A stretch of DNA of 64,000 bases from Candidatus Cloacimonadota bacterium (GCA_963667255.1 OY762940.1:736001-800000); one strand, 5' to 3'; positions 9,076-18,849 are shown, counted from the stretch's first letter. Notes: a model not told the origin generated them from the letters alone. Translations and numbers: made by a program.

Positions 9076-11228
9076 TGAAAAAAGTATTTATCCTCATCTT
9101 TTTGCTTTTAAGTTCACTTGCTTTTGCCCAATTGCCAGATGCTTTGCAGGGGCGATATAAGTTTGTGTTTCCGATGGGAGACGACTTTTATAAAGTCTGT
9201 AATGGCAAATATTGGGGAGTGGTGAATGCAGAGAATGAGTTAGTTATATCTATTGAATTTCAACAGGTAGGTAATTTTTCCGACAACTTGATAGCTGTTA
9301 GGAAGGATAATCGCTGGGGATATCTTGATAGAGACGATAAAGTTGTAATAGATTTCATGTATCAGGAAGCTGATGAATTTGAAGACGGAATTGCTAGAGT
9401 TCGTGCTGATTGGAAGTATGGATATATTAACAAAGAAAATAAAGTAGTTATTCCCATGATATATGATTTGCTGAGTCGTCCGGGGGAAGGTATAATTACT
9501 TACAAAAAGGGTCTTGAATTTGGTATTTTAAATACAGAAGGGAAAAGGCTTACTTCTAAGGAATACTTTCCCAAAGGTCTTCGCAGGATATATTTAAAAG
9601 GTTATTACGGATTTGTAAATACAAAGGGACAAGCGATTATTCCACTACAATACAAGAAACTAGAGCATCTTGTAAAAGATTTTTACAGTTTTTTACTAAA
9701 TGGCAAGGAAGGGATTTTGAATCCCTATACTTTGAAAATTTTGGTGCCTAACGATAAATATGATGAAATTTTGGGATACAAAGATGGATTTTTTTATGTT
9801 GTGAGAGATGGGAAGTATGGCTTAATTGATGATGTTGGGAAGGTAGTAATCGAGCCTAAAGATTATGATTCTATTTGCTATTTTAGAGGGAGAATCGCTA
9901 CGGTGCGTTCTGGTGAAAACTATGGTGTAATTAATCGTGCAGGTGATTTGATAGTCCCAGTCAGATACAAGGAAATTTCCGTGATGGATGATGGCTATAT
10001 TAGGGCATCTAACGAAGGAGACTATTTTCCTATAGGAAGAGGGACAAATGTATATTTCAGTCACAAATTTATAGCAGATACTTTGAGTGATATGTGTGTT
10101 GTTGTTAGTGATGGGATGAGTAAAATCTTGAGTGCGAAAACAGGCAAGTTGCTGACAAAAAAAAGTTATGACTATGTTGATACTACTTTGTATAGAAATT
10201 CTTTGATTTCTATTACGGACAATAAGACTCCCAAGCATTATGGGATGCTGGATATTCGCACAGGGAAAGAGATTGTCCCTATTAAATTTGAATCTTTGAC
10301 AAGAACTCTTTTTGATGATATTTTTATTATAATGGAGGATGGGAAGAAAGGTATAATTTATATTGATAAGGCGAGCTATCATTATATTGTTAAGCCTCAA
10401 TACCAAAAGTTAATTTTGGTGAAGGTTGCTCCCAACCTTCTTAGGATTAGCACGGAAGAGGGATATGGATTGATTTCCGAAGACGGCAAATTTCTTTTGC
10501 CTATGAAATATGATAAAATAACTCCTTTTAATCGGATTGGTCTCAAAGTTGAATTGAACAAAAAGTTTGGGGCTGTTAATGCCGAAGGGAAGATTTATGT
10601 TCCGGTTGAATATATTAGCTTGTCTTCATACGATAATTCCGGCTATTTAATTGCTAAAAAAGTTGATAAATTCGGAGTTTTGGATAATACAGGTCGGGTA
10701 GCTGTGCCATTTAGTTATGATAAAATTTTGCCTCTTTATAATGATGTGGGCATTTGTATGCTTAATGGTGGTTATGGATTTTTGGGACCTAAGGGGAAAA
10801 TACGCATCCCTACCGATTATCAATCTGTTGTGGGGCTGAGTGGCGATTTTGTTCAAGTTCAATTTGCTTATAAGTTTGGAATTATGACCAAAAAAGGGAA
10901 ACTATTAATCAAACCAAGCTTGGATGCAATAATTGACAGGAATGATGGGTTTTTTGCTTTGTCCAAAGATGGCAAATTAGGATTGATGAATAGTGCAGGC
11001 AAGGTAATTACTCCCTTTATCTATAAAAGCATAGGTTCTTTTGCTGAAGGTTATGCGATTGTAAAAAATGAAGGTCGTTGTGGATTTATTGACGAAAGTG
11101 GGCGTGTTCGAATTCCGATTATTTATAATGGAGCGGTCAATTTTAAAGATGGAACAACTTTTGTTGTTTTGAACGGGCAACAATTGAAGATTAATAAAAA
11201 AGGGGAAATTTTACCTTACGTTTATTAA
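9075..11228 (+). CDS. Secreted WG-repeat (WG_beta_rep) protein
   Basis: Signal peptide plus many K(W/Y/F)G(Y/F/L)I(N/D)..G..VIP..YD repeats. Confidence 0.85.
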   Translation: MKKVFILIFLLLSSLAFAQLPDALQGRYKFVFPMGDDFYKVCNGKYWGVVNAENELVISIEFQQVGNFSDNLIAVRKDNRWGYLDRDDKVVIDFMYQEADEFEDGIARVRADWKYGYINKENKVVIPMIYDLLSRPGEGIITYKKGLEFGILNTEGKRLTSKEYFPKGLRRIYLKGYYGFVNTKGQAIIPLQYKKLEHLVKDFYSFLLNGKEGILNPYTLKILVPNDKYDEILGYKDGFFYVVRDGKYGLIDDVGKVVIEPKDYDSICYFRGRIATVRSGENYGVINRAGDLIVPVRYKEISVMDDGYIRASNEGDYFPIGRGTNVYFSHKFIADTLSDMCVVVSDGMSKILSAKTGKLLTKKSYDYVDTTLYRNSLISITDNKTPKHYGMLDIRTGKEIVPIKFESLTRTLFDDIFIIMEDGKKGIIYIDKASYHYIVKPQYQKLILVKVAPNLLRISTEEGYGLISEDGKFLLPMKYDKITPFNRIGLKVELNKKFGAVNAEGKIYVPVEYISLSSYDNSGYLIAKKVDKFGVLDNTGRVAVPFSYDKILPLYNDVGICMLNGGYGFLGPKGKIRIPTDYQSVVGLSGDFVQVQFAYKFGIMTKKGKLLIKPSLDAIIDRNDGFFALSKDGKLGLMNSAGKVITPFIYKSIGSFAEGYAIVKNEGRCGFIDESGRVRIPIIYNGAVNFKDGTTFVVLNGQQLKINKKGEILPYVY

Positions 11229-11230
11229 AG

Positions 11231-11330
11231 TTTTGTTTTTTGGGGTGCTTTTTTCTAAATTGTAGAATAAAGGCTGAGATGATACTCATATTACCTGATG
11301 CAGATAATGCTGCCGTAGGAATTGATAGAA
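11231..11330 (+). promoter_or_regulatory. TPP (thiamine pyrophosphate) riboswitch aptamer
   Basis: GGGGTGC...GGCTGAGA..ATACTCA..ACCTGAT-GCAG-ATAATG-CTGC-CGTAGGAA reproduces the THI-box consensus. P2 is TGGG/CTCA, P3 is TTCTA/TAGAA and P5 is GCAG/CTGC. Confidence 0.88.
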
Positions 11331-11375
11331 CTCTTGGTTTTTATTTTGAAAAATGGAAGCCGAGAGTTTTTTATT
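11328..11375 (+). terminator. Intrinsic terminator-like expression platform of the TPP riboswitch
   Basis: AACTCTTGGTTT pairs with AAGCCGAGAGTT and is followed by TTTTATT. Confidence 0.7.
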
Positions 11376-11388
11376 GCGAAGGGAAAAG

Positions 11389-11991
11389 ATGGAAAGATGT
11401 CGTTGGGTTGATTTGAATAGCAAAGAGTATATCGATTATCACGATAAATTTTGGGGTGTTCCTGTTGTCGATGACAGATTGTTGTTTGAAATGTTGTGCT
11501 TGGAGAGTGCTCAAGCCGGTTTGTCATGGCTAACCATATTGAAGAAGCAGCCCAATTATAAATTGGCATTTGATGATTTTGACTCGCAACTTGTTGCAAA
11601 TTATGATCAAACAAAAATAGAAGAACTTTTGGGTAACAAAGGAATTATTAGAAATAAGAGAAAAGTTTTGTCCTGCATACGAAATGCAAAAGTGTTTTTG
11701 GAAATTCAAAAGGAGTTTTCGAGTTTTGCTTATTACTTATGGAGATTTGTAGATTTTACCCCTTTTGATAGTAAAATAGAGAATAGTCAGCAGTTACCGA
11801 TTTGGACGCCCCTTGCCAAGGAGGTATCTGCTGATCTAATAAAGAGAGGAATGAATTTTGTCGGTCCAACGATTATTTACTCTTTCTTGCAGGCTGTAGG
11901 CGTGGTTAACGACCATATAGTGTCTTGCTTCCGTTACGAAGAAGTTAAGGGGTTAGAGCACATTGTAAGAGAAAAATTGATTGAGAACTAA
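11389..11991 (+). CDS. tag: DNA-3-methyladenine glycosylase I
   Basis: RCRW...YHD..WGVPV.DDR.LFEMLCLESAQAGLSW, IIRNKRK, FVGPTIIYSFLQAVG and NDH...CF Zn ligands; ATG 11389 lies downstream of the terminator. Confidence 0.93.
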   Translation: MERCRWVDLNSKEYIDYHDKFWGVPVVDDRLLFEMLCLESAQAGLSWLTILKKQPNYKLAFDDFDSQLVANYDQTKIEELLGNKGIIRNKRKVLSCIRNAKVFLEIQKEFSSFAYYLWRFVDFTPFDSKIENSQQLPIWTPLAKEVSADLIKRGMNFVGPTIIYSFLQAVGVVNDHIVSCFRYEEVKGLEHIVREKLIEN

Positions 11992-12006
11992 AAGAGGATT
12001 TTTTTC

Positions 12007-12043
12007 TTGACATTATTTAGTCATTTAGCTAAATAATTAAAAT
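12007..12043 (+). promoter_or_regulatory. Sigma70-type promoter overlapped by an inverted repeat (candidate ArsR operator)
   Basis: TTGACA at 12007-12012; ATTATTTAG-N8-CTAAATAAT inverted repeat at 12012-12037. Confidence 0.65.
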
Positions 12044-12072
12044 GCAAAAGTAAACATTTAGGAGGAAATGAT

Positions 12073-13428
12073 ATGAAAAATTATGATGTGGTAATTATCG
12101 GAAGCAGTGCAGCCGGCTTGGCTACGGCTTTGACGGGGAAAAATGCTCATCCTGAGAAAAGTTTTGTGGTGATAACGAGAAATGAGCAGACTTTGGTTCC
12201 CTGTGGGATTCCCTACATTTTTGGCTCTTTGCCCTCATCTGATAAGGACATTATGCCTGTAAAAGCTAAGTTTGATGCTGCAGGAATTGAGATGATTGTT
12301 GACGAGGTTGTTTCTATTGAGCGAGAAAAAAAAGATTGTTCTTTGCTTTCGGGAGAAAAAATCGGCTACGATAAGTTGGTAATTGCCACTGGCTCAAATC
12401 CGGTAGTGCCTAAATGGCTTTCCGGTGCAAATTTGCCTGGAGTTTTTGCTGTTCCTAAAGATAAAAAATATTTGGATATAATGAACGAAGCCTTGCAAAA
12501 ATGTGATAAAATTGTGGTTTTGGGAGCTGGCTTTATCGGTCTTGAAATTTCAGATGAGTTGAATAAAAAAGGAAAATCTGTTACTTTGGTTGAAAAGTTG
12601 GACACAGTTTTGCCTTTGGCTTTTGACAAAGATATTGCCAGTAAGGTTGAAGAGTTGTTGATCTCGCGAGGAGTGAAAGTTGCTACGGGCAAATCCGTAG
12701 AAAGCATTGTGGAGAAAGACGGAAAAGTGGTTGGTGTGTCTCTGGAAGACGGAAGTGTTTTGGATGCCGATGCGGTAATTCTTGCCGTCGGCTACAAACC
12801 TGATATCAGCTTGGGCGAGACCGCAAAACTTGGAATGAGCGAGTTGGGATTTATTCAAGTTGATGAATATATGCGGACTTCCGACAAGAGCATTTTTGCT
12901 GTCGGAGATTGTGCGGCGAAACACAATTTTGTTACTCGCAAGGCTATCGGCACGATGTTGGCTTCAATCGCTGCTTCGGAGGGTAGAACCGCCGGTTTGA
13001 ACCTCTTCGGTTTGACTTCGCTCAAAACTTTCAATGGAGCAATTTCCATTTTTTCTTCAGCCTTGGGAGATTATGGTTTTGGAGTTGCAGGAGTTACCGA
13101 AAAGTTTGCCGAAGAAGAAGGGATAGCTTTTGTTGTCGGTAGTTTCGAGGGCTTGGACAAACATCCGGGGACTTTGCCCGATACCAAAAAGCAATATGTC
13201 AAACTCGTGGTTGCCAAAGATTCCGGCTTGATTTTGGGCGGTGCAGTTTACGGCGGAATTTCCAGTGGCGAGTTTACCAATGTTTTAGGGTTCATCGTTC
13301 AAAACAAAATGACGGTTTACTCGCTAATGATTTCGCAAATCGGAACTCATCCGCTATTGACAGATTCTCCAATAGGTTATGCTTTGATAAAATCTGCTGC
13401 TGTAGCAATGGGAAAATTGCGAAAATAG
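12073..13428 (+). CDS. FAD-dependent pyridine nucleotide-disulfide oxidoreductase (NADH oxidase/CoA-disulfide reductase-like)
   Basis: IIGSSAAG, PCGIPY single redox Cys, LVIATGS, GAGFIGLE and IFAVGDC. Confidence 0.88.
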   Translation: MKNYDVVIIGSSAAGLATALTGKNAHPEKSFVVITRNEQTLVPCGIPYIFGSLPSSDKDIMPVKAKFDAAGIEMIVDEVVSIEREKKDCSLLSGEKIGYDKLVIATGSNPVVPKWLSGANLPGVFAVPKDKKYLDIMNEALQKCDKIVVLGAGFIGLEISDELNKKGKSVTLVEKLDTVLPLAFDKDIASKVEELLISRGVKVATGKSVESIVEKDGKVVGVSLEDGSVLDADAVILAVGYKPDISLGETAKLGMSELGFIQVDEYMRTSDKSIFAVGDCAAKHNFVTRKAIGTMLASIAASEGRTAGLNLFGLTSLKTFNGAISIFSSALGDYGFGVAGVTEKFAEEEGIAFVVGSFEGLDKHPGTLPDTKKQYVKLVVAKDSGLILGGAVYGGISSGEFTNVLGFIVQNKMTVYSLMISQIGTHPLLTDSPIGYALIKSAAVAMGKLRK

Positions 13429-13454
13429 TTTAGGAAGGAATTTGGGAAAAAAGA

Positions 13455-14408
13455 ATGGATTTGAACAAAGAGATTGAAATGAGCAGATTGCAAAATTTCC
13501 CCATATCCTTTTTGGCAATTTGTTTAGGATTGATAGGCTTTACTCTTGCTTGGCAAAAAGCAGAACATATTCTTCATTTACCTTTTGTCATAAGTGATTG
13601 CCTTCTATACTTTTCGCTATCAATTATAATGATTGTTGTCTTGATATATTTATTGAAAACCATAAAATATCCTATGGAAGTTAAAAAGGAATTTAATCAT
13701 CCCATCAAACTGAATTTCTATCCGATAACTGCTAAAATCCTTCTTATTATAAGTTTGATTTATCTTGGGATAGATGTGGCGATTTCCAAATATTTTTGGT
13801 GGGCAGGAGTTGTGGTGCAATTTGTTTTGACCATCATCATAATGTCTGTTTGGATTAGGCATGAAAAGTTTAAAATTGAACATATCAATCCTTCGTGGTT
13901 TATTCCGATTGCAGGAATTAAGTATTTTAATCCTGAATTGTCATGGTTCTTTTTTGCAATTGGCTTGTTTTGGTGGCTCATTTTGACAACGATTGTTTTC
14001 AATAGAATTATTTTTCATCAACCGATTGCCGAAAAATTGATACCAACTATGTTTATTTTGTTTGCTCCGCCAATGATAGGATTTATTGCCTTGACAAAAT
14101 TATTGGGAGGCTTAACTCCTTTGGGGAATTTACTTTACTATTTCGGATTATTTTTGTTTATCTTGATTTTGTTTCAAGCAAAAATGTTTGCAAAATTGAA
14201 GTTCAATTTGCCTTGGTGGGCTTATTCTTTTCCCTTAGATGCTTTGGCGATAGCCACTTTATTGATGTATGAAGAAACAAAATTTGGATTTTTTTATGGA
14301 TTGTCATGGGCAGTTTTTGGGTTTTTGAATTTAATGATTTTGTTGTTGATTGGTAAAACGATATTTGCAATAAAAGGAAAAAAATTTTGTGTTGCAGAAA
14401 ATGAGTAA
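13455..14408 (+). CDS. SLAC1/TehA family anion channel (tellurite resistance / C4-dicarboxylate type)
   Basis: Multiple TM helices; EFNHPIKLNF, NPSWFIP, PTMFILFAPP and WWAYSFP. Confidence 0.88.
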   Translation: MDLNKEIEMSRLQNFPISFLAICLGLIGFTLAWQKAEHILHLPFVISDCLLYFSLSIIMIVVLIYLLKTIKYPMEVKKEFNHPIKLNFYPITAKILLIISLIYLGIDVAISKYFWWAGVVVQFVLTIIIMSVWIRHEKFKIEHINPSWFIPIAGIKYFNPELSWFFFAIGLFWWLILTTIVFNRIIFHQPIAEKLIPTMFILFAPPMIGFIALTKLLGGLTPLGNLLYYFGLFLFILILFQAKMFAKLKFNLPWWAYSFPLDALAIATLLMYEETKFGFFYGLSWAVFGFLNLMILLLIGKTIFAIKGKKFCVAENE

Positions 14409-14438
14409 AATTAATATAGAGAAAATTAGGAGAAAAAA

Positions 14439-14741
14439 ATGAATTTGAACAAAGATAATTTTAAGGAAGTAACCGCCAAAGGAGTGGTTTTGATAGATTT
14501 TTGGGCTCCTTGGTGTGGACCTTGCAGAATGCTCTCACCAGTGATTGACGAATTGGAGCAAGAGGTTTCGGGAGTAACTTTTGCCAAAGTGAATGTAGAT
14601 GAAAATCCGGAACTTTCTCAAGAGTTTGGAGTGATGAGTATTCCTGCGGTTTTCATTTTGAAAGATGGCAAAAAAGTTGATGAATTTGTGGGAGTTAAGC
14701 CAAAAAATGCAATTATTGAAAAATTGAATGCTGTAAAATAG
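14439..14741 (+). CDS. trxA: Thioredoxin
   Basis: [10 protein letters not shown] active site, 100 aa. Confidence 0.95.
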   Translation: MNLNKDNFKEVTAKGVVLIDFWAPWCGPCRMLSPVIDELEQEVSGVTFAKVNVDENPELSQEFGVMSIPAVFILKDGKKVDEFVGVKPKNAIIEKLNAVK

Positions 14742-14749
14742 GTAATTCT

Positions 14750-15109
14750 GTGAACGATTATTTGTTGATTTTTAAAGCTCTATCACACAAAACAAGGCTT
14801 CAGATTGTTTTAATGCTCCGAAAAAAAAGTTTGTGTGTTCATCAAATCACGGAATTGGTAGGTTGTTCTATGGCAACGATTTCCACTCATCTAAAGATTT
14901 TGAAAGATGCCAATTTGATAATTTCCGAGAAAGTCGATCAGCATGTTTACTACAAAACTAATTGTGTGAATTGCGGAGAAAATTGTTATCTTTGCAAGAT
15001 TTTCGATGAGATGTTGGTTGATGAGGGAACTTCCCGTTTATTGGACGAAGTGAAGAAAAAATATTCGGGAGAAATTCATAATTGCCCTAAAAAAAGAACA
15101 AGTTCATAG
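14750..15109 (+). CDS. ArsR/SmtB family transcriptional regulator, Cys-rich
   Basis: FKALSHKTRLQI...LCV..I...S.ATISTHLKILK.A.L, then CVNCGENCYLC. Confidence 0.88.
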   Translation: MNDYLLIFKALSHKTRLQIVLMLRKKSLCVHQITELVGCSMATISTHLKILKDANLIISEKVDQHVYYKTNCVNCGENCYLCKIFDEMLVDEGTSRLLDEVKKKYSGEIHNCPKKRTSS

Positions 15110-15153
15110 TTTTGTAATTGGCTTAATTTATTGAGGTTATTAGTTTTAAAAGT

Positions 15154-15197
15154 TCAGCGGGCAAGTATTTTATTTTCTTGTCCGTTGATTTTATTTT
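15154..15197 (+). terminator. Rho-independent terminator
   Basis: TCAGCGGGCAAG / CTTGTCCGTTGA stem followed by a T-rich tail. Confidence 0.7.
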
Positions 15198-15226
15198 GGA
15201 TAATTTTGGAAAGTTTGGGATAAAAA

Positions 15227-15547
15227 ATGGCAGTAAATAAGGTTGATAAAGCGGTGGAAAATTTTCGCTCGGGGCTAAATTGTGCTCAGGCGATAGTGAA
15301 AAATTATGACGAAAACAAGGTTGAACAATTTTCGGATTTTGGTAGCGGAGATGCTCCCGAAGGAATGTGTGGAGCCTTATTTGGCGGGCTAACTATCTTG
15401 GAAGACAAAGAGTTACAAGATAAATTGAGAAATGAATTTGAAGATGCTGCTGGAAGTGACAAATGCATCAGGTTTACCAAAGACCGCAGATTGTCTTGCA
15501 CAAAAAGAGTTGTGTTGGTGCAAAAAATTTTGGACGAGTTGTTTTAA
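15227..15547 (+). CDS. C-GCAxxG-C-C family putative redox protein
   Basis: NCAQA, GMCGALFGG and two further Cys (KC, SC). Confidence 0.8.
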   Translation: MAVNKVDKAVENFRSGLNCAQAIVKNYDENKVEQFSDFGSGDAPEGMCGALFGGLTILEDKELQDKLRNEFEDAAGSDKCIRFTKDRRLSCTKRVVLVQKILDELF

Positions 15548-15551
15548 TAAG

Positions 15552-15911
15552 ATGAAAGTTTTAATTTTAGGGGCTTCCCAAAAGCCTGAAAGGTATTCGC
15601 ATCAAGCTATGAATCTCTTGTTGGAGAAAGGTCATGAGGTGGTGCTTGTGCATCCCAAGTTGCAAGAGATAGACGGGAGAAAAGTTTATAATGCCGTAGA
15701 AGAGGTAAAATTTGCTGTGGATACTGTTACAATGTATATCAATCCGAGATTTTTGGACAAAATGAAAGAGGCTATTGTCAAGCTTGCTCCCCGCAGAATT
15801 ATTTTTAATCCCGGTTCTGAAGATGAAGATTTGATTTGTTTTTTCAAGGATAAGGGCATAATTGTTGTAGAGGCTTGCACTTTGGTTATGCTAAAAACAA
15901 ATATTTTTTAG
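15552..15911 (+). CDS. CoA-binding protein (YccU-like)
   Basis: VLILGASQKPERYS, VDTVTMY, IIFNPG and EACTLVML; ATG 15552 preferred as start. Confidence 0.88.
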   Translation: MKVLILGASQKPERYSHQAMNLLLEKGHEVVLVHPKLQEIDGRKVYNAVEEVKFAVDTVTMYINPRFLDKMKEAIVKLAPRRIIFNPGSEDEDLICFFKDKGIIVVEACTLVMLKTNIF

Positions 15912-15995
15912 GGGAAATTAGTGAAGAGTAGATTGGCTTTTTTATTTATTAAAAAAATACTGAATTAATACAATAAATTTTAATGAGATAAAAAA

Positions 15996-17210
15996 ATGAT
16001 TTTATTAAATTTTTTTCAAAACTTTTGGCAATTTTATACAGAAGTGGCTTTTTATTTGGTTTTGGGCTTTTTGATAGCGGGAGTTTTGCATTTCTTTTTT
16101 CCTGAAAAAATTGTTAGAGAGCAATTGGGGAAAGGCAATATTTGGTCAGTGCTAAAGGCGACGATTTTTGGGATTCCCGTTCCAATTTGTTCATGCGGAG
16201 TGATTCCCGTTGCTCAAGGAATGAGGCGAAGCGGGGCTTCCAAAGGTGCGAGTTTGTCTTTTATGATTACCACTCCGCAAAATGGTGCAGACAGTTTTTT
16301 GATTTCTTACTCACTTTTGGGACCGATTTTTGCTGTGGCAAGGATTGTGGCTTCTTTTTTTACAGGTGTGATTACTGGAGTTTTGACCAATTTTTTGGTG
16401 AAAGATGACCAAGAAATAGAGACTTCTAAGCAAACTTGCAATGTGGAAAATAAAAGAAATTTGCTCTCGTTTTTTGCCTATATTCAAAATGAGCTTTTCG
16501 GCTCTATCGCCAATTCTTTGGTAGTTGGGCTTGTTTTGGCAGGTTTGATTTCGTGGCTTGTTCCTCCCAATTTTTTTCAAGAATATTTGAGCGACAACTT
16601 CCTTTCCATGTTGATAATGGTGGTAGTCGGCATTCCGCTGTATGTTTGCTCGGCATCGTCCACTCCCATAGCAGCCAGTTTGGTTTTCAAGGGAATTAGC
16701 CCCGGAGCAGCTTTGGTTTTTTTGCTCACCGGACCTGCCACAAATATGGTGACCATCAGTTCTGTTTTGAAGTCTTACGGAAAAAAGGCTTTGCTCATTT
16801 ATCTCGGTTCGATTGCCGTTGTCAGTATAATTTTTGGCTATCTTTTGAATTTGCTACTTGTCGATGTGAGTTTTGTCAAAATTGCTGCTCATCACAAAGG
16901 GCTGACATCTTGGCTGGTTTATTTGGGGATAATTGCCTTGAGCTTGATGTTTGCTATCCATTATGGGAAAAAATTGCAGGAGAAATTTCATAAAGACAAA
17001 AATAGTTCCGATAAGATGAAACTTTACATTTCCAATATGAAGTGTGAGCATTGCAAGAGCGGAGTTTTGCAAGCTTTAGAAAATGTGTCGGGAATTAGCG
17101 ATATTCAAGTTGATTTGAGAAGCAAAACAGCAAGTTTCACCTGCTCGGGAAATTCTCACCAAGAAAAAGTTAGAAAAGCGATTACCGATGCAGGATTTGA
17201 TTTGGGGTAA
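15996..17210 (+). CDS. SO_0444/DUF318 family permease fused to a C-terminal HMA metal-binding domain
   Basis: PICSCGVIP, PLYVCSASSTP, GPATN and C-terminal MKCEHC. Confidence 0.85.
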   Translation: MILLNFFQNFWQFYTEVAFYLVLGFLIAGVLHFFFPEKIVREQLGKGNIWSVLKATIFGIPVPICSCGVIPVAQGMRRSGASKGASLSFMITTPQNGADSFLISYSLLGPIFAVARIVASFFTGVITGVLTNFLVKDDQEIETSKQTCNVENKRNLLSFFAYIQNELFGSIANSLVVGLVLAGLISWLVPPNFFQEYLSDNFLSMLIMVVVGIPLYVCSASSTPIAASLVFKGISPGAALVFLLTGPATNMVTISSVLKSYGKKALLIYLGSIAVVSIIFGYLLNLLLVDVSFVKIAAHHKGLTSWLVYLGIIALSLMFAIHYGKKLQEKFHKDKNSSDKMKLYISNMKCEHCKSGVLQALENVSGISDIQVDLRSKTASFTCSGNSHQEKVRKAITDAGFDLG

Positions 17211-17738
17211 AATTTCTTTTCAGTTGATTTATGATAGTTTCGGTTAGCAGGCGGACAGACATTCCCTCTTTTTTCGGAGATTGGTTTATAGATAAAGTTC
17301 GGAAAGGTTTTGCTTTGGTGCAGTCGCTGTATGATAGCAATCTCTTGTCTAAGGTGTTACTCACTACCGAAGTTGTTGATTGCTTTGTGTTTATGAGCAA
17401 AAATCCCGCTCCCTTTTTATCGCATTTGGATTTTTTGGATTTGCGTGGATACCGATATTTCTTTCATTTTACGCTCAATCCTTACGATAAATCTATCGAG
17501 AAAAATTTGCCCGACAAAGAATTTTTGGTTGAGACTTTCAAGACTTTTAGCAAGAAGATTGGGAAAGAGAGGATGCTTTGGCGTTACGACCCGATAATTT
17601 TCGGAGAAGAGATGGGCGTTGATTTTCATCTTTTGCAGTTTGAGAAATTTTGTAACGCACTGACCAGTTACACGGGAAAGTGCTTTGTCAGTTTTCTTGA
17701 TTTTTATTCTAAGGTTTCCAAGATTTTGCTAAAAAATA

Positions 17739-18849
17739 GGGAGTGTGCAAATAACTGGGTCTGAAATAAGACCTAATTATGTTTGACAGAATAAGTTATG
17801 AACATTTATTAAAATGCCATGAGTATAATCAAAAAAAACGCTGTCCAAATTGTGATAGCTTAAACACAAAAAAGAAGGGATATATTTTCTCTGAAAGAAC
17901 AACTAATCGTGGGAAAATTAAAGTCAAAACTCAACGATTTTATTGTAAAGATTGCCAAATAAGTTTTACCAATTTTGGATATAATAAGAGAACTCATTTT
18001 GCACCAAAATTCAAAGATAAGGTTGTTACTGACTATATTTCAACCAAAAGTTCTCTTTCTGAAGTTGCTAAAAGACATGGGATTTGTAAAAATAGTACTC
18101 TTAATTGGATACCTCAGCGAGCTAATTTATATCAGGATAATGTGTTACACAGCAATATAGATGAGACAACAATTTATATTGATGGCAAGGAAATTAAGAT
18201 AAACGGTAAGCGAAAAGTTGTCTTAGTCGCCAGTAGCAAACTACTTGATAAACCAATATATTACAAGATTTATGATAGAGAACATAGTAGTTCATCTGAA
18301 GACTTTTTGAATAGACTAAAAAAAATGTATGACAACAAAATAATTGGGATTGTGTCAGATTTTGGGCGAGGGAAGTGCTTTGTTAAGCCAGTTAACCAAC
18401 TTTTTGAAGATGTTCCACATCAAATTTGCTTGGTTCATTATTTAAGAAGCGTTAATATCAATGTTCCTAAAACAAAAAAGAGTAAGTTTTTTAGACGAAA
18501 TATTTTCTTTAAGAACTTGATTAAGAGCATTTTAAATGCTGAAACTTTACAAGAAGCTGAAAATAATTTAAGTTCGCTTAATCACTATGAAAAATTTTTT
18601 CGCCTAAAAATTCATAAGCGTTTTATTAAATCAATTAATCGAAACTTTGGTTTATTAACTGCTCATTTTCATTACGATTTTTTGGATAAAACAACAAATA
18701 AAATTGAAAATATTAATCGACAATTGAATAGGAAATTAAAAAATTTAGACGGATTTAAATCTGAAAAAAATATGAATCATTTTTTGAAAATTTGGTTCAA
18801 TAATTATTCAAAAGGAGTGGAAATTAGACCCAATTAAATGCACGCTCCC
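17739..18849 (+). mobile_element. IS256-family (Zn-ribbon variant) insertion sequence, copy 1, 1111 bp
   Basis: 24-bp imperfect TIRs GGGAGTGTGCAAATAACTGGGTCT / AGACCCAATTAAATGCACGCTCCC; 8-bp TSD AAAAAATA at 17731-17738 and 18850-18857. Confidence 0.93.
17779..18837 (+). CDS. Transposase (N-terminal Zn ribbon + HTH + Mutator/IS256-type DDE)
   Basis: CPNC...QRFYCKDC; IYIDG, IVSDFG, HQICLVH and TTNKIENINRQL. Confidence 0.9.
   Translation: MFDRISYEHLLKCHEYNQKKRCPNCDSLNTKKKGYIFSERTTNRGKIKVKTQRFYCKDCQISFTNFGYNKRTHFAPKFKDKVVTDYISTKSSLSEVAKRHGICKNSTLNWIPQRANLYQDNVLHSNIDETTIYIDGKEIKINGKRKVVLVASSKLLDKPIYYKIYDREHSSSSEDFLNRLKKMYDNKIIGIVSDFGRGKCFVKPVNQLFEDVPHQICLVHYLRSVNINVPKTKKSKFFRRNIFFKNLIKSILNAETLQEAENNLSSLNHYEKFFRLKIHKRFIKSINRNFGLLTAHFHYDFLDKTTNKIENINRQLNRKLKNLDGFKSEKNMNHFLKIWFNNYSKGVEIRPN

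Noticed and set aside
9075..11228. DNA-level tandem repeat or diversity-generating target in the WG protein
   Set aside because: The repeats are degenerate and protein-level only; no reverse transcriptase or TR/VR pair is seen.
11353..11388. Upstream ATG of tag
   Set aside because: It falls inside the riboswitch terminator hairpin, and Tag homology starts at MERCRW (11389).
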